Shown one piece after another: positions 1 to 9,779 of a stretch of DNA of 64,000 nucleotides. Source of the DNA: Longimicrobiales bacterium (GTDB lineage Bacteria; Gemmatimonadota; Gemmatimonadetes; Longimicrobiales; Gaopeijiaceae). The position numbers were made by a program, and so were the translations under genes. The stretch is from NCBI GenBank assembly GCA_041690395.1, contig JAWLHJ010000004.1, positions 96,001-160,000 of the forward strand, in the 5' to 3' direction. The notes beneath the pieces were generated by a model that searched no databases, was not told the origin of the DNA, and worked only from the letters and a program-made list of their open reading frames with translations. The first letter of the stretch is position 1. Every line of letters starts with the position of its first letter.

Positions 1-311
1 CACGAGCGGTCCTCCTCGGCGTGCACGCCCGGAGGGGGCGGCACCACGAAGAAGCCGTCCTGGAACGCGGGCGCCATGCCGGACGGATCGAGCCGCTCCG
101 GATCGGCCCCGGTTTCTTCCGAGGCGCGGGTCGAGGCCCGCTCCGCCCATCGACCGTCGTCGGCCACCTCGTCCTCCTCGAGCGCGCCGAGCGCGTCGAC
201 ATGCTCCAGAATCGAGTTGAGGTCGTCCGTCATCCGCGCCAGCTCGTCGTCGTCGAGGCGGAGCCGGGCCAGCCGGGCGATCCTGAGCACTTCTTCACGA
301 TCCACGCTCAT
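1..311 (-). CDS. gatC: Asp-tRNA(Asn)/Glu-tRNA(Gln) amidotransferase subunit C (stop codon cut by the window edge)
   Basis: Not in the ORF track. Manual translation from ATG at 311 gives MSVDREEVLRIARLARLRLDDDELARMTDDLNSILEHVDAL...APAFQDGFFVVP, with the GatC N-terminal ARLARL and C-terminal GFFVVP motifs. ATGA overlap with the pcrA stop. Confidence 0.9.
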   Translation of the reverse strand, partial: MSVDREEVLRIARLARLRLDDDELARMTDDLNSILEHVDALGALEEDEVADDGRWAERASTRASEETGADPERLDPSGMAPAFQDGFFVVPPPPGVHAEEDRS

Positions 312-2596
312 GGCCAGTCCTTCTCGAGGGAAGCGTAGCGGGCCAGCAACTTCTTCCGACCGATGTCGTCGAAGTCGACCGTCACCTTGAGGTCACGGCC
401 GAACCCGGTCACTTCGACCACGGCGCCCGATCCGAAGGTCGCGTGGACGACCCGCTCACCTGGGGCGAAGCGCGGGAGATCCTGGTTGAGCCCGGCGTCC
501 GGGTCGGGCTCGTACGAGGTGTCGCGGTAGCTCGAGCCCCCGAACGACGTCCTTCCGCCGCGGTCGCGGTGATCCCGGTGGGGGGTGCTCGACGTGAGCA
601 GCTTCAACCGCTCGCTCCGGCGCTCCTCCACCAGCGTCTCGGGCACGGCGTCGACGAACGACGAACGGGTGTTGTGGTTGAAGTCACCGGCCCTCCGCCG
701 CTGGCGGGCCCAGGTGAGCGAGAGCTTGTCCTCCGCCCGCGTGATCCCGACGTAGAAGAGGCGTCGTTCCTCCTCGAGCGCCGCCGGGTCGTCGTACGAC
801 CGACCGAGCGGGAAGAGTCCCTCCTCCATGCCCGCGATGTAGACCAGCGGGAACTCGAGCCCCTTGGCGTTGTGGAGCGTCATGAGGGTCACGGCGTCCG
901 CGTCCGGATCGAGCCGGTCGACGTCGGCCACGAGCGCCACCTGCTGCAGGTAGAGATCCAGCTCGGTGAAGCGGTCCTGGTCTTCGGCCTCCACCGTGCT
1001 GGCGGCGCCGGCGTCGAAGTCCACCGCGCCGGCGATGAGCTCGGCCACGTTCCGGGCGCGGTCCTCTCCCTCCGGCCCCTCGTCCTGGAGGTGCCGCACC
1101 AGGTCGAGTCGCTCGATGAGCTCCTCGAGGAGCTGGCCCACGCTCACCCGGGCCGCGCGGATGCTGAACTCGCGGATCAGCTCGGCGAAGCGCACCAGCG
1201 AGTGCGTCGCGGCCGCCCGGATGTCCATGATCTCCTCGGCCCGCTCGGCCGCCTCGAGCAGCGTGAGGCCCTGCTCCCCGGCCCACCGACGGAGATGCTC
1301 CGCCGAGGTGAGCCCGATGCCGCGCCGCGGATAGTTGAGCACGCGGTCGAAGGCGATCTCGTCCCTCGGGTTCGAGATGAGCCGCAGATAGCCGAGCACG
1401 TCCTGGATCTCGCGGCGCTCGTAGAAGCGGACGCTGCCGATGACCTGGTACGGAACGCCCTCCCGTCGGAACGCGTCCTCCAGGGCGCGGGCCTGCGCGT
1501 TCGTGCGGTAGAGCACCGCGCAGTCGCGGTACGACCAGGTCGGCACGTCCCGGATGCGCGTCTCGAGATCGGAGACGATCCAACGGGCCTCGTCGGTCTC
1601 GTCGAAGGTCTCGGCGATGGTGATCGGCTCGCCGCCGGCCCGCTCGGTCGTGAGCGTCTTTCCCTTCCGGTCGACGTTCTCGGCGATGACGTGGTTGGCC
1701 GCGTCGAGGATCGCCTGGGTGGAGCGGTAGTTGCGCTCCAGACGCACGATGCGCGAGCCCGGGAAGCCCTCCTCGAAGTCGAGGATGTTGCGGATGTCCG
1801 CGCCCCGCCACCCGTAGATCGACTGATCGTCGTCGCCGACCACCATGAGGTTGCCATGCCGCGCGGCGAGCAGTTCCACGAAGCGGTACTGTGCGCGGTT
1901 GGTGTCCTGATACTCGTCGACCAGGATGAACTGGAAGCGCTCCTGGTACCGCTCGAGGAGCTCGGGGACCTGCTCGAACAGCTGGACCGGCTTCATGAGC
2001 AGGTCGTCGAAGTCGAGGGCGTTCTGGTTCTCGAGCGTCTTCTGGTACTCGGGATACACCTTCGCGACGGTCCGTGCGAACAGGTCGAAGGTGCCTTCGT
2101 TGTCGATGGCGAACTGCCGTGCGTCGATGAGCTGGTTCTTCGCGTTGCTCATCTCCCCGCGGACCGCCTTCGGGTTCCAGCGCTTCGGATCGAGGCCGAC
2201 GGACTCCATGACGCTCTTCACCAGACGGAGCGACTGGTCGGCGTCGAAGATGCTGAACGCACGGTCCCAACCCAGCCGGTCGACGTGGCGCCTGAGGAGC
2301 CGCGCCCCGAGAGCGTGGAACGTCCCGACCCACATCCCCCTCGGATCACGCCCCAGCATGCGCCCGATCCGCTCGCGCATCTCGCCGGCGGCCTTGTTGG
2401 TGAACGTCACCGCCAGGATCCGGTCGGGCGGCACACCGTGCTCGTGGATCAGGTGGCAGATGCGTGCCGTGAGGACGCGCGTCTTCCCCGACCCGGCGCC
2501 GGCGAGCACGAGGAGCGGCCCCTCCACGTGCTCGGTCGCTTCACGCTGCTCCGGGTTCAGCCCCTCGAGATGCCTGCCCATGCCCGCCTCAAGCAT
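308..2596 (-). CDS. pcrA: ATP-dependent DNA helicase UvrD/PcrA
   Basis: LNPEQ, AGAGSGKT, TFTNKAA, VDEYQD, NYRST, TLHNAKGLEF and EERRLFYVGITRA motifs, plus a C-terminal Tudor-like domain. Start could be ATG 2581. Confidence 0.96.
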   Translation of the reverse strand: MLEAGMGRHLEGLNPEQREATEHVEGPLLVLAGAGSGKTRVLTARICHLIHEHGVPPDRILAVTFTNKAAGEMRERIGRMLGRDPRGMWVGTFHALGARLLRRHVDRLGWDRAFSIFDADQSLRLVKSVMESVGLDPKRWNPKAVRGEMSNAKNQLIDARQFAIDNEGTFDLFARTVAKVYPEYQKTLENQNALDFDDLLMKPVQLFEQVPELLERYQERFQFILVDEYQDTNRAQYRFVELLAARHGNLMVVGDDDQSIYGWRGADIRNILDFEEGFPGSRIVRLERNYRSTQAILDAANHVIAENVDRKGKTLTTERAGGEPITIAETFDETDEARWIVSDLETRIRDVPTWSYRDCAVLYRTNAQARALEDAFRREGVPYQVIGSVRFYERREIQDVLGYLRLISNPRDEIAFDRVLNYPRRGIGLTSAEHLRRWAGEQGLTLLEAAERAEEIMDIRAAATHSLVRFAELIREFSIRAARVSVGQLLEELIERLDLVRHLQDEGPEGEDRARNVAELIAGAVDFDAGAASTVEAEDQDRFTELDLYLQQVALVADVDRLDPDADAVTLMTLHNAKGLEFPLVYIAGMEEGLFPLGRSYDDPAALEEERRLFYVGITRAEDKLSLTWARQRRRAGDFNHNTRSSFVDAVPETLVEERRSERLKLLTSSTPHRDHRDRGGRTSFGGSSYRDTSYEPDPDAGLNQDLPRFAPGERVVHATFGSGAVVEVTGFGRDLKVTVDFDDIGRKKLLARYASLEKDWP

Positions 2597-3764
2597 CGGC
2601 CACGGGGAGCCTGATCTGGAAGGTCGTGCCCTCCATCCCTTCGAGCAGCTCGATGCGTCCGTCGTGGACGCCTTCGACGATGCGCCTGGACAGCGCGAGG
2701 CCCACGCCCCATCCGCCCGGCTTCGAGCTCACGCCCGGCTCGAACAGCTTGTCCCGCACCGCCGGATCCACGCCCGGTCCCGTATCCCGTATTCTCAGAC
2801 TGACCCACCTCCCTCCGACTTCTCTCGCATAGATGGTGATCTTGCCCCCGCGCCCGGCCAGGGCATCGAGGGCATTCTTGACGACGTTCTCGAGGGCCCA
2901 GACCAGAAGGACCTCGTTCCCCATGACGCGTGGGAGCCCGGGCGGCACATCCACGAGGAGCTCGACACCCTTCTTCGTGAGCCGCGGGATGCGCACGGCC
3001 AGGTACTGCTCGAGATCGCTCACGACCTGACGCACCGAGAGGCTCTCGAGCTCCGGCTCCCTGCCGATGAGCTCGAAGCGGTGGCTGATCCGCTCGAGCC
3101 TCTCGATGTCCTCCCCGATGGCGTCGGCGACCTCCGTCTCACCGAGCGCGCCGGGCCGCTCGTCCGGCTTCAGACGGAGCACCTCCAGCCATCCCTGAAG
3201 CGACGACAGCGGCGTGCCGAGCTGGTGCGCCAGCTCCCTGGCCATCGCCGTCCAGGCCTTCTCGCCCTCGGCACGGCGCTGGTAGCGCACGACCACGAAG
3301 CCGATCAGCACGGTCAGGAAGAGGCCGCCGGCCTGCAGCCAGGGAATCCAGCGGAGCCTCCGCACCTCGGGCGTGTCGCCGTAGTGGATGTGCATGAGGT
3401 CCGGGTCGCCGATGGGCGGGTTCTCCGCGTCCAGCCGGCGCACGTACGAACGCACCCGCTCCTGGCCATCCGGTGTGTTCGTGTCCACGGAGAACGGCAG
3501 GTTCTCGTGGGCCAGCACCGTATCCCCGGGGCCCATGACGACGAGCGGCACCCCCGCATCGCGCACGATCCCCTGCAGGTTGAACAGGACCTGGGTCTCG
3601 TTCCCCTGCGTGACCAGTCCCTCCTGCACCTCCGCGAAGATGCGGGACAGGAGCGCGGAGTTGCCCCGGACCTGCTCGACGATCTGCTGCGTGTAGAGCA
3701 GATACCACCCGAGGAGCAGGACGAAGAGCGTCGCGAGCGCGACCGGCCACTTGATGCGGATCAT
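2589..3764 (-). CDS. Membrane-bound sensor histidine kinase (2 TM, HisKA + HATPase)
   Basis: H-box ELAHQLGTPL, N-box ENVVKNA, G1 DTGPG, G2 GWGVGL; two hydrophobic helices. Confidence 0.92.
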   Translation of the reverse strand: MIRIKWPVALATLFVLLLGWYLLYTQQIVEQVRGNSALLSRIFAEVQEGLVTQGNETQVLFNLQGIVRDAGVPLVVMGPGDTVLAHENLPFSVDTNTPDGQERVRSYVRRLDAENPPIGDPDLMHIHYGDTPEVRRLRWIPWLQAGGLFLTVLIGFVVVRYQRRAEGEKAWTAMARELAHQLGTPLSSLQGWLEVLRLKPDERPGALGETEVADAIGEDIERLERISHRFELIGREPELESLSVRQVVSDLEQYLAVRIPRLTKKGVELLVDVPPGLPRVMGNEVLLVWALENVVKNALDALAGRGGKITIYAREVGGRWVSLRIRDTGPGVDPAVRDKLFEPGVSSKPGGWGVGLALSRRIVEGVHDGRIELLEGMEGTTFQIRLPVADA

Positions 3765-3789
3765 GGCGCACGGCGGGGGGTTCGACCCC

Positions 3790-5070
3790 TCAGGAGGACA
3801 CGGTCAGGCGATCACGACCGACGTAGGGACGCAGCACGTCGGGCAGCGCCACGCTTCCGTCCTCATGCTGATAGGTCTCGAGCAGCGCCGCCACCACCCG
3901 GGGGAGCGCGAGGGCCGATCCGTTCAGGGTGTGCACGTACTCCGGCTTCTCCGCCTGGCTGCGCTTGAAGCGCAGATCGGCGCGCCGGGCCTGGTAGTCG
4001 GTGAAGGTCGTGCAGCTCGACACCTCGAGCCACTTCCCCACCCCGGGCGCCCAGACCTCCAGGTCGTACGTCATGGCACCGCTCTGCCCGAGGTCGCCGC
4101 TCGCCAGGAGGAGCCGGCGATAGTGCAGCCCCAGCCGCTCGAGCAGCGTCTCCGCCTCGCGCGTGAGCTCTTCGAGCGCGTCGAGGCTACGCTCGGGCGT
4201 CTCGTAGCGGACGAGCTCGACCTTGTCGAACTGATGCACCCGGAGAAGCCCGCGTGTGTCCTTTCCGGCGGCCCCGGCTTCGCGGCGGAAGCACGGCGAA
4301 TAGGCCGTGAGCTTCTTCGGGAGGTCGTCCAGGTCGAGCATCTGCCCGCGCAACAGGTTGGTGACAGGAACCTCGGCCGTGGGGATGAGCCAGAGGTCGT
4401 CGCGCTCGGTCAGATACGATTCGTCGGCGAACTTCGGGAGCTGCCCCGTGCCGGTCATCGCGTCGCGATTCACGAGATACGGGACCCGGACCTCCTCGTA
4501 CCCGTGCTCGTCCACGTGCACGTCGAGGAAGTAGTTGATCAGGCCTCGCTGGAGCCTCGCGCCCATTCCGCGCAGCACCGGGAAGCCGGAGCCGCTGACC
4601 GCGGCCCCGGCCGGCAGGTCGAGGATGCCGAGCGCCTCGCCGATGTCCCAGTGCGGCTTGGGCTCGAAGTCGAAGGTGGCGGGCTCACCATACGTAGCGA
4701 GCACGACGTTCGCCTCTTCGCCACCCGCCGGCACCCGGTCGAGCGGAAGGTTCGGCAGTCCGAGCAGGATCTCGTCGATCGCCGCCTCGGCGTCGCCGAC
4801 ACGCGCGTCGATCTCGTCGATCCGGTCGCCGACCCGGCGCATCTCGGCGACCAGCTCAGACGCGTCCTCGCCGGCGCGCTTGAGCTCGCCGATGCGCTTC
4901 GACGACGAGTTGCGCTCGGCCTTGAGGTCGTTGACCTCGCCGAGCCCCGCGCGCCGCGCCTCGTCGAGCGCGAGCAGGCGGTCGACGGCGTCCGCGTGGG
5001 CCGCGTCCCGCTTGGCGAGTGCGGCCTTGACGACGTCGGGCTCCTGACGGATCTGACGGAGATCGAGCAT
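3790..5070 (-). CDS. serS: Serine--tRNA ligase
   Basis: MLDL N-terminus with coiled coil, LIPTAE, FRREAG, RVHQFDKVE, EVSSC, HTLNGS. Confidence 0.98.
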   Translation of the reverse strand: MLDLRQIRQEPDVVKAALAKRDAAHADAVDRLLALDEARRAGLGEVNDLKAERNSSSKRIGELKRAGEDASELVAEMRRVGDRIDEIDARVGDAEAAIDEILLGLPNLPLDRVPAGGEEANVVLATYGEPATFDFEPKPHWDIGEALGILDLPAGAAVSGSGFPVLRGMGARLQRGLINYFLDVHVDEHGYEEVRVPYLVNRDAMTGTGQLPKFADESYLTERDDLWLIPTAEVPVTNLLRGQMLDLDDLPKKLTAYSPCFRREAGAAGKDTRGLLRVHQFDKVELVRYETPERSLDALEELTREAETLLERLGLHYRRLLLASGDLGQSGAMTYDLEVWAPGVGKWLEVSSCTTFTDYQARRADLRFKRSQAEKPEYVHTLNGSALALPRVVAALLETYQHEDGSVALPDVLRPYVGRDRLTVSS

Positions 5071-5122
5071 CAGCGGATGGCCGCCGTGGTGATGGTGTGA
5101 ACGTGCACCGGGCTCGCCCCGC

Positions 5123-5707
5123 TCAGTTGGGGGGCACGAGCCGGCGGTCGTTGCAGACCGGGTTCGTCACGTGCCGGAAGCGGAGGGTTCCTTCGCCCAC
5201 GTCGAGCTCGAGCGCCTCCATCTTCGCGTAGTAGACACAACTCCGACCGAACGACCCGGCCCGTTGCGTCGTCCGGACGACATAGGTGGTCCCGAGCTCC
5301 ACCGGAACGGGGTCTACCGCGCTGTACACGGCCGTGTCACCCGGCGCATCCGTCACCTCGTCGAGGGTGAGCCCTTCGAGCGGGGCGACTCGGGCCCGGG
5401 AGCTCACACCGAGGGCGCCCGGAGGAAGGAACACCAAGCCGCCGTCCCGCGTGTCGAGTGCCAGGTCCCAGGTGCCCGTCGCGTTCGGCGACTCGATGAC
5501 GATCTTCGTCGACGTGTAGAAGTCGTACGCGGCCGGCACGTTGAGCTCGGGACGCGCCATCGAGTAGAGCACCACCGTGTCCGGTTGGTCACTCCACTGG
5601 AAGGAGAACGGATCGTCGCCGCACGCGACGGTTCCGGTCAGGAGGGCCGCCGCGAGGGCGGCGACCTTGGGCGCTCGGCGACGCACGAGACGTGCTTCGT
5701 TGGTCAC
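5123..5707 (-). CDS. Lipoprotein of unknown function (weak HmuY-like WDLA motif)
   Basis: GTG start at 5707 gives a basic N-region, a hydrophobic stretch and the lipobox TVA-C-GDD; beta-rich mature part with a C-terminal Cys pair. Confidence 0.75.
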   Translation of the reverse strand: MTNEARLVRRRAPKVAALAAALLTGTVACGDDPFSFQWSDQPDTVVLYSMARPELNVPAAYDFYTSTKIVIESPNATGTWDLALDTRDGGLVFLPPGALGVSSRARVAPLEGLTLDEVTDAPGDTAVYSAVDPVPVELGTTYVVRTTQRAGSFGRSCVYYAKMEALELDVGEGTLRFRHVTNPVCNDRRLVPPN

Positions 5708-5762
5708 GGTGGAGTCCGGAAAGGGGCGAGCGGGTCGATGCGACCCGCTTTGACGGCCCGGA

Positions 5763-5791
5763 AACTTGTCGGGGGCGGGGGTGACGGTCAA
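5763..5791 (-). promoter_or_regulatory. Putative sigma70 promoter for the lipoprotein-serS unit
   Basis: Minus strand TTGACC-17 nt-CAAGTT, back to back with the plus-strand promoter. Confidence 0.45.
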
Positions 5792-5813
5792 CCCCGAAAA
5801 GCCCTTGGATTGC

Positions 5814-5842
5814 TTGACTTTACCCCACCCGGCGGGTAGGTT
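5814..5842 (+). promoter_or_regulatory. Putative sigma70 promoter for the receiver/glmU-like/MBL operon
   Basis: TTGACT-17 nt-TAGGTT, about 75 nt upstream of the GTG at 5917. Confidence 0.65.
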
Positions 5843-5916
5843 CCCGCCGCAGTTTGCCGGGCATTCCAGACGTCTGCTCGGGGAAAACCGCCTTCTCAAC
5901 CGAGCGAGGTGACCCG

Positions 5917-6312
5917 GTGCCGGACGACCCCCGTGGCGCTCCGCCCAGACGGATTCTGATCGTGGACGACGAGCCGCACATCCGGCGGCTGCTCGCGACG
6001 AGGCTGGAGGCCGAGGGCTTCGAGGTCCGTGAGGCCGCGGACGGGGAAGAAGGACTGATCGTGCTCTCCGACTACCGGCCCGACCTCGTCCTGCTCGACC
6101 TGATGATGCCGGGCGCCAGCGGCCTCGAGGTCCTCTCGAAGATTCGCTCGGGTGGCGGCGACGCTACCGTCCCCGTCATCATCCTGACCGCCAAGGGTCA
6201 GGACACGGACCGTGAGCTGGCGTTCGCCGGAGGTGCGACCGACTTCATGACCAAGCCGTTCAGCCCGATGAAGCTGCTCGCGCGCATCTACGAGATCCTC
6301 GGTGACAGCTGA
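5917..6312 (+). CDS. Single-domain response regulator (CheY-like receiver)
   Basis: ILIVDD, phosphoacceptor LLDLMMP, ILTA, TKPF; no output domain. Confidence 0.92.
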   Translation: MPDDPRGAPPRRILIVDDEPHIRRLLATRLEAEGFEVREAADGEEGLIVLSDYRPDLVLLDLMMPGASGLEVLSKIRSGGGDATVPVIILTAKGQDTDRELAFAGGATDFMTKPFSPMKLLARIYEILGDS

Positions 6313-6339
6313 GCGCGGCGCCCGCACCCCCCATCCGGA

Positions 6340-7578
6340 GTGGATGTCTTGAGCTACACCCGTCTCGTCCTCTTCGACGACGCTCGCGCACGCGCTTGGG
6401 CTCCGTTCTCGCTGACCCGCCCTGTGGGGGAAATGCTGTTCGGCACGATGACGTTGAGGGCGCGCGCCGAACGGGCCACGGGCCTCGCGTGCGCGGGTCA
6501 TCTCACGTCCGACCACCTTCTCGGGTTCGACGAACCCGGTGCGCCCGGGGCCTTGACCCCGGCCCAGGCCCGGGAGCTCAGCGGGCACAGACTCGTCCTG
6601 TCGAGCCGATGCGCGCTGGATCTCGAGGGACTCACCCCTCCGGACGGTTCGGCCACGCTCGTGCTGGAGGGCGTGACGGTCGGTTGGCACCTCCCGGACG
6701 GGGCACCGATGCCGGACGTGGCCGCGCTCCTCGATCCGGACGCGTTCGCCGGGCCCGAAGCCCGCGTCACGATCCGTGGCCGGATGGTCGAGGCGCCCTG
6801 GACGCTCGTGCGGGACAATCCGGACCAGCTTCGCGCCGACGCCGCCGCACTCGGCTGGGAGGACACGGGAACGCCCCCCGGCGTCCACCGGATCGGCGAG
6901 GGAGTACTCTCGCTGGCGCCGGACGCCGCCATCGAGCCGGGCGTGACCGTCGATCTGCGCACCGGACCGGTGCGGCTCGAGGCCGGGAGCCGGGTGGAGG
7001 GTCCCGCGCGCCTCGTCGGCCCGCTGCACATCGGTCCGTCGAGCGTCGTCTTCGGCGGGCAGGTCGGCTCGTCGTCCATCGGACCGGTATGTAAGCTCCG
7101 GGGCGAGATCGCCGACTCGGTCATCCTGGGCTACGTGAACAAGGCGCACGACGGGTATCTGGGCCACGCGCTCGCGGGGCGCTGGGTGAACCTCGGGGCT
7201 TTCACGACCAACTCCGACCTCAAGAACAACTACGGATCCGTGAGCGTGTGGACGCCGGACGGACCGACCGACACCGGGCTCATGAAGGTCGGGTGCTTCC
7301 TCGGCGACCACGTGAAGACGGGCATCGGCACCGTGTTGAACACCGGCACCGTGATCGGGGCCGGCAGCAACGTCTTCGGCGGCCGGATGCCGCCGAGCCA
7401 CGTCCCGCCCTTCAGTTGGGGAGAGGGGTCGGACCTCACCGACTACCGGCTCGACAAGTTCCTCGAGGGCGCGGAGCGCGCGATGGCAAGGCGCGACGTG
7501 GCCCTCACGGAGGGCATGCGCGGCATGCTCGAGCGCGCGTGGCACGCCTCGGCGGACGACCGGCGGCGCGCTCCGTGA
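6340..7578 (+). CDS. GlmU-like putative sugar nucleotidyltransferase with left-handed beta-helix
   Basis: N-terminal PFSLTRPVGE..FG motif; C-terminal hexapeptide repeats with NKAHDGYLGH, WVNLGA, SDLKNNYG, GDHVKTGI. Confidence 0.85.
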   Translation: MDVLSYTRLVLFDDARARAWAPFSLTRPVGEMLFGTMTLRARAERATGLACAGHLTSDHLLGFDEPGAPGALTPAQARELSGHRLVLSSRCALDLEGLTPPDGSATLVLEGVTVGWHLPDGAPMPDVAALLDPDAFAGPEARVTIRGRMVEAPWTLVRDNPDQLRADAAALGWEDTGTPPGVHRIGEGVLSLAPDAAIEPGVTVDLRTGPVRLEAGSRVEGPARLVGPLHIGPSSVVFGGQVGSSSIGPVCKLRGEIADSVILGYVNKAHDGYLGHALAGRWVNLGAFTTNSDLKNNYGSVSVWTPDGPTDTGLMKVGCFLGDHVKTGIGTVLNTGTVIGAGSNVFGGRMPPSHVPPFSWGEGSDLTDYRLDKFLEGAERAMARRDVALTEGMRGMLERAWHASADDRRRAP

Positions 7579-8396
7579 AGGTTGCGGTCCTCGGAAGCGG
7601 AAGCGGCGGCAACTCGATTCTCGTGTGCGCCGAGGACACCAACCTCCTGGTCGATGCGGGCTTCAGCGGAAAGAAGATCGCCGAGCGTCTGGAACGGCTC
7701 GGGGTCTCACCGGACGACGTCCACGGCATCGTGGTCACGCACGACCATGGAGATCACACCAAGGGCATGGGAGTCTTCGCCCGGCGGCACGGCACCCCCA
7801 TCTACATGACCGAGGCGACGCACAAGAGCTGCGGCCGGCTTCTACGTGGGGAGGAGCGGATCGTGGAGTACCGCGCCAGTCGGGCGTTCCACGTAGGCTC
7901 GCTGAGGGTGGAGCCCTTCATCACCGTCCACGACGCGGTCGACCCGGTCGGCGTCACGGTGGCGGACCCGCGGACCGGGGTCCGGCTCGGGGTCGCGACG
8001 GACCTTGGACGCCCCACGGGACAGATCCGCCACGCTCTGTCCGGCTGCGACATGCTGGTGCTGGAGGCGAACCACGACGAGATGCTCCTGCATCAGAGTC
8101 CCTACCCCGCCTCGGTGAAGCGCCGGATCACGTCGAGCCACGGGCACCTGTCGAATCAGGCCGCCGCCCAGCTCGTCCGCGAGCTGCTCCACCCGAGGCT
8201 CGCCTGCGTGGTGCTCGCGCACCTGTCCCGTGAGGCGAACCGACCGGAGCTGGCGCGCGAGGTCATCGGCGATGCCCTCGAGGCGGCCGGGTGGCGCGGC
8301 CATCTCGAGGTGGCCACCCAGGACGACCCGACCCCGCTCTTCGACGTCGAAGAGATCAGGAAGCGCGCGGGTCCTTCGCAGCTCAGCCTGCTTTAG
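7575..8396 (+). CDS. MBL-fold metallo-hydrolase (YycJ/WalJ-like)
   Basis: GTGA overlap start; LGSGSGGN, THDHGDH, HDAVDP, ATDLG, LEANHD, GHLSN, HLSREAN. Confidence 0.9.
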   Translation: MKVAVLGSGSGGNSILVCAEDTNLLVDAGFSGKKIAERLERLGVSPDDVHGIVVTHDHGDHTKGMGVFARRHGTPIYMTEATHKSCGRLLRGEERIVEYRASRAFHVGSLRVEPFITVHDAVDPVGVTVADPRTGVRLGVATDLGRPTGQIRHALSGCDMLVLEANHDEMLLHQSPYPASVKRRITSSHGHLSNQAAAQLVRELLHPRLACVVLAHLSREANRPELAREVIGDALEAAGWRGHLEVATQDDPTPLFDVEEIRKRAGPSQLSLL

Positions 8397-8420
8397 CGCC
8401 CCGGGGCCGCCTACCGGGCC

Positions 8421-9779
8421 TCAGAGCCCCAGCAGGCGCAGGAAGTCGTTGGACAGCGCCCACACCATGATTCCGACGACGATCAGGAATCCGACGTTGC
8501 TCCATTTCAGGCGCTGCTCGACCGTGAGCCCGCGCCCGCCGCGCACCGCTTCGATGCCGAGGAAGACCAGGTGGCCTCCGTCGAGCACCGGGATCGGGAG
8601 CAGGTTCAGCACCGCGAGGTTGACGCTGAAGAGCGCCATGAAGCGGAGGAACTGGTCGATACCGGCGGCAGCGGCCTGCCCCGAGGCTTCCCCGATCGTG
8701 ACGATGCTCCCCATCGAGCGCGGCGAGATGCCCCCGGTGACCAGGTCACCCAGGAACCCGACGATGAGACTCGTGACGGCCACCGTCTCCCTGTAGCCGT
8801 AGGCCACCGCCTCCCCCACCGGAACGTCCCGGTAGGTCGTCGCGAGCTGGGGCGGGAACACGCCCACCCTGCCGACCGCCATCTCGGTACCGTCGGCCTG
8901 CCGCTCCATCTCGGAATCGAGCGTCACCGCGCGGACCAGCTCCCGCTCGTCGCGCACGATCGTGATCTCGACCCGCTCACCGGGTCGCGCCTCGACCGCC
9001 TCCACGAACGTCCACCAGTTCTCGACCGGCTCCCCCGCCACGGCCACGATGCGGTCTCCGGCCTCCAGGCCCGCCCGATCGGCCGGCGAGCCGGGATTCA
9101 CGGCCCCGACCCCGGCCTCGATCCAGGCGCCAATGGCCGAGACCAGGTCACGGCGACGCTCAGGGTCGTCCGGAACGGTGATCGCGACGTCACGCGACGG
9201 CTCGGCGAAGCGGATCGAGAGCGGTCCGGCCGGGGCGTTCAGAATGAGCCGCTGCACGTCGCCCCAGTGCTCCGCATCGGCGTCGCCGACCTGGAGAACC
9301 CTGCTCCCGGGATCGACGGTCGCCAGCGTTTCCGTCCCCGCGGGGAGCGCTTCCGCGAAGACCGCCCCGATGCGCGTCGAGTCGTACTCGGGCACCCCGT
9401 ACTGCGCGGCCAGGAACGCGTAGGTCCCGAAAGCGAAGAGCATGTTCATGATCACGCCGGCCGAGATCACGAACGCCCTCGCCCAGATCGGCTTCGCGTC
9501 GAACGCTCGCTCGCGCGGCGTCGGCGGCACGGTCGGCTCGCCGCCCTCGAGACGCTCCATCACCTCGTCGTCCATCCCACCCATCTTCACGTAACCCCCG
9601 AGCGGGATCGCGCTCAGGACGTACTCGGTCTCGCCGTGGCGGAAGCCGAAGACCTTCGGCCCGAGCCCGATGGAGAAGCGCTGCACCTCGACGCCCACGG
9701 CCTTGGCGGCGGCGAAGTGGCCGAGCTCGTGCACGAAGATCAAAACTCCGAGCACGACGATCGTCGCGAGAATGGTCAT
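8421..9779 (-). CDS. rseP: RIP metalloprotease RseP
   Basis: HELGH, PLGGYVKM, two PDZ domains, NLLPIPVLDGG. Confidence 0.96.
   Translation of the reverse strand: MTILATIVVLGVLIFVHELGHFAAAKAVGVEVQRFSIGLGPKVFGFRHGETEYVLSAIPLGGYVKMGGMDDEVMERLEGGEPTVPPTPRERAFDAKPIWARAFVISAGVIMNMLFAFGTYAFLAAQYGVPEYDSTRIGAVFAEALPAGTETLATVDPGSRVLQVGDADAEHWGDVQRLILNAPAGPLSIRFAEPSRDVAITVPDDPERRRDLVSAIGAWIEAGVGAVNPGSPADRAGLEAGDRIVAVAGEPVENWWTFVEAVEARPGERVEITIVRDERELVRAVTLDSEMERQADGTEMAVGRVGVFPPQLATTYRDVPVGEAVAYGYRETVAVTSLIVGFLGDLVTGGISPRSMGSIVTIGEASGQAAAAGIDQFLRFMALFSVNLAVLNLLPIPVLDGGHLVFLGIEAVRGGRGLTVEQRLKWSNVGFLIVVGIMVWALSNDFLRLLGL

Noticed and set aside
5070..5108. 12-codon mini-ORF (GTG-HVHTITTAAIR) whose TGA overlaps the serS ATG
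   Set aside because: No Ser codons, no clear SD and no attenuator structure; cannot be told from chance.
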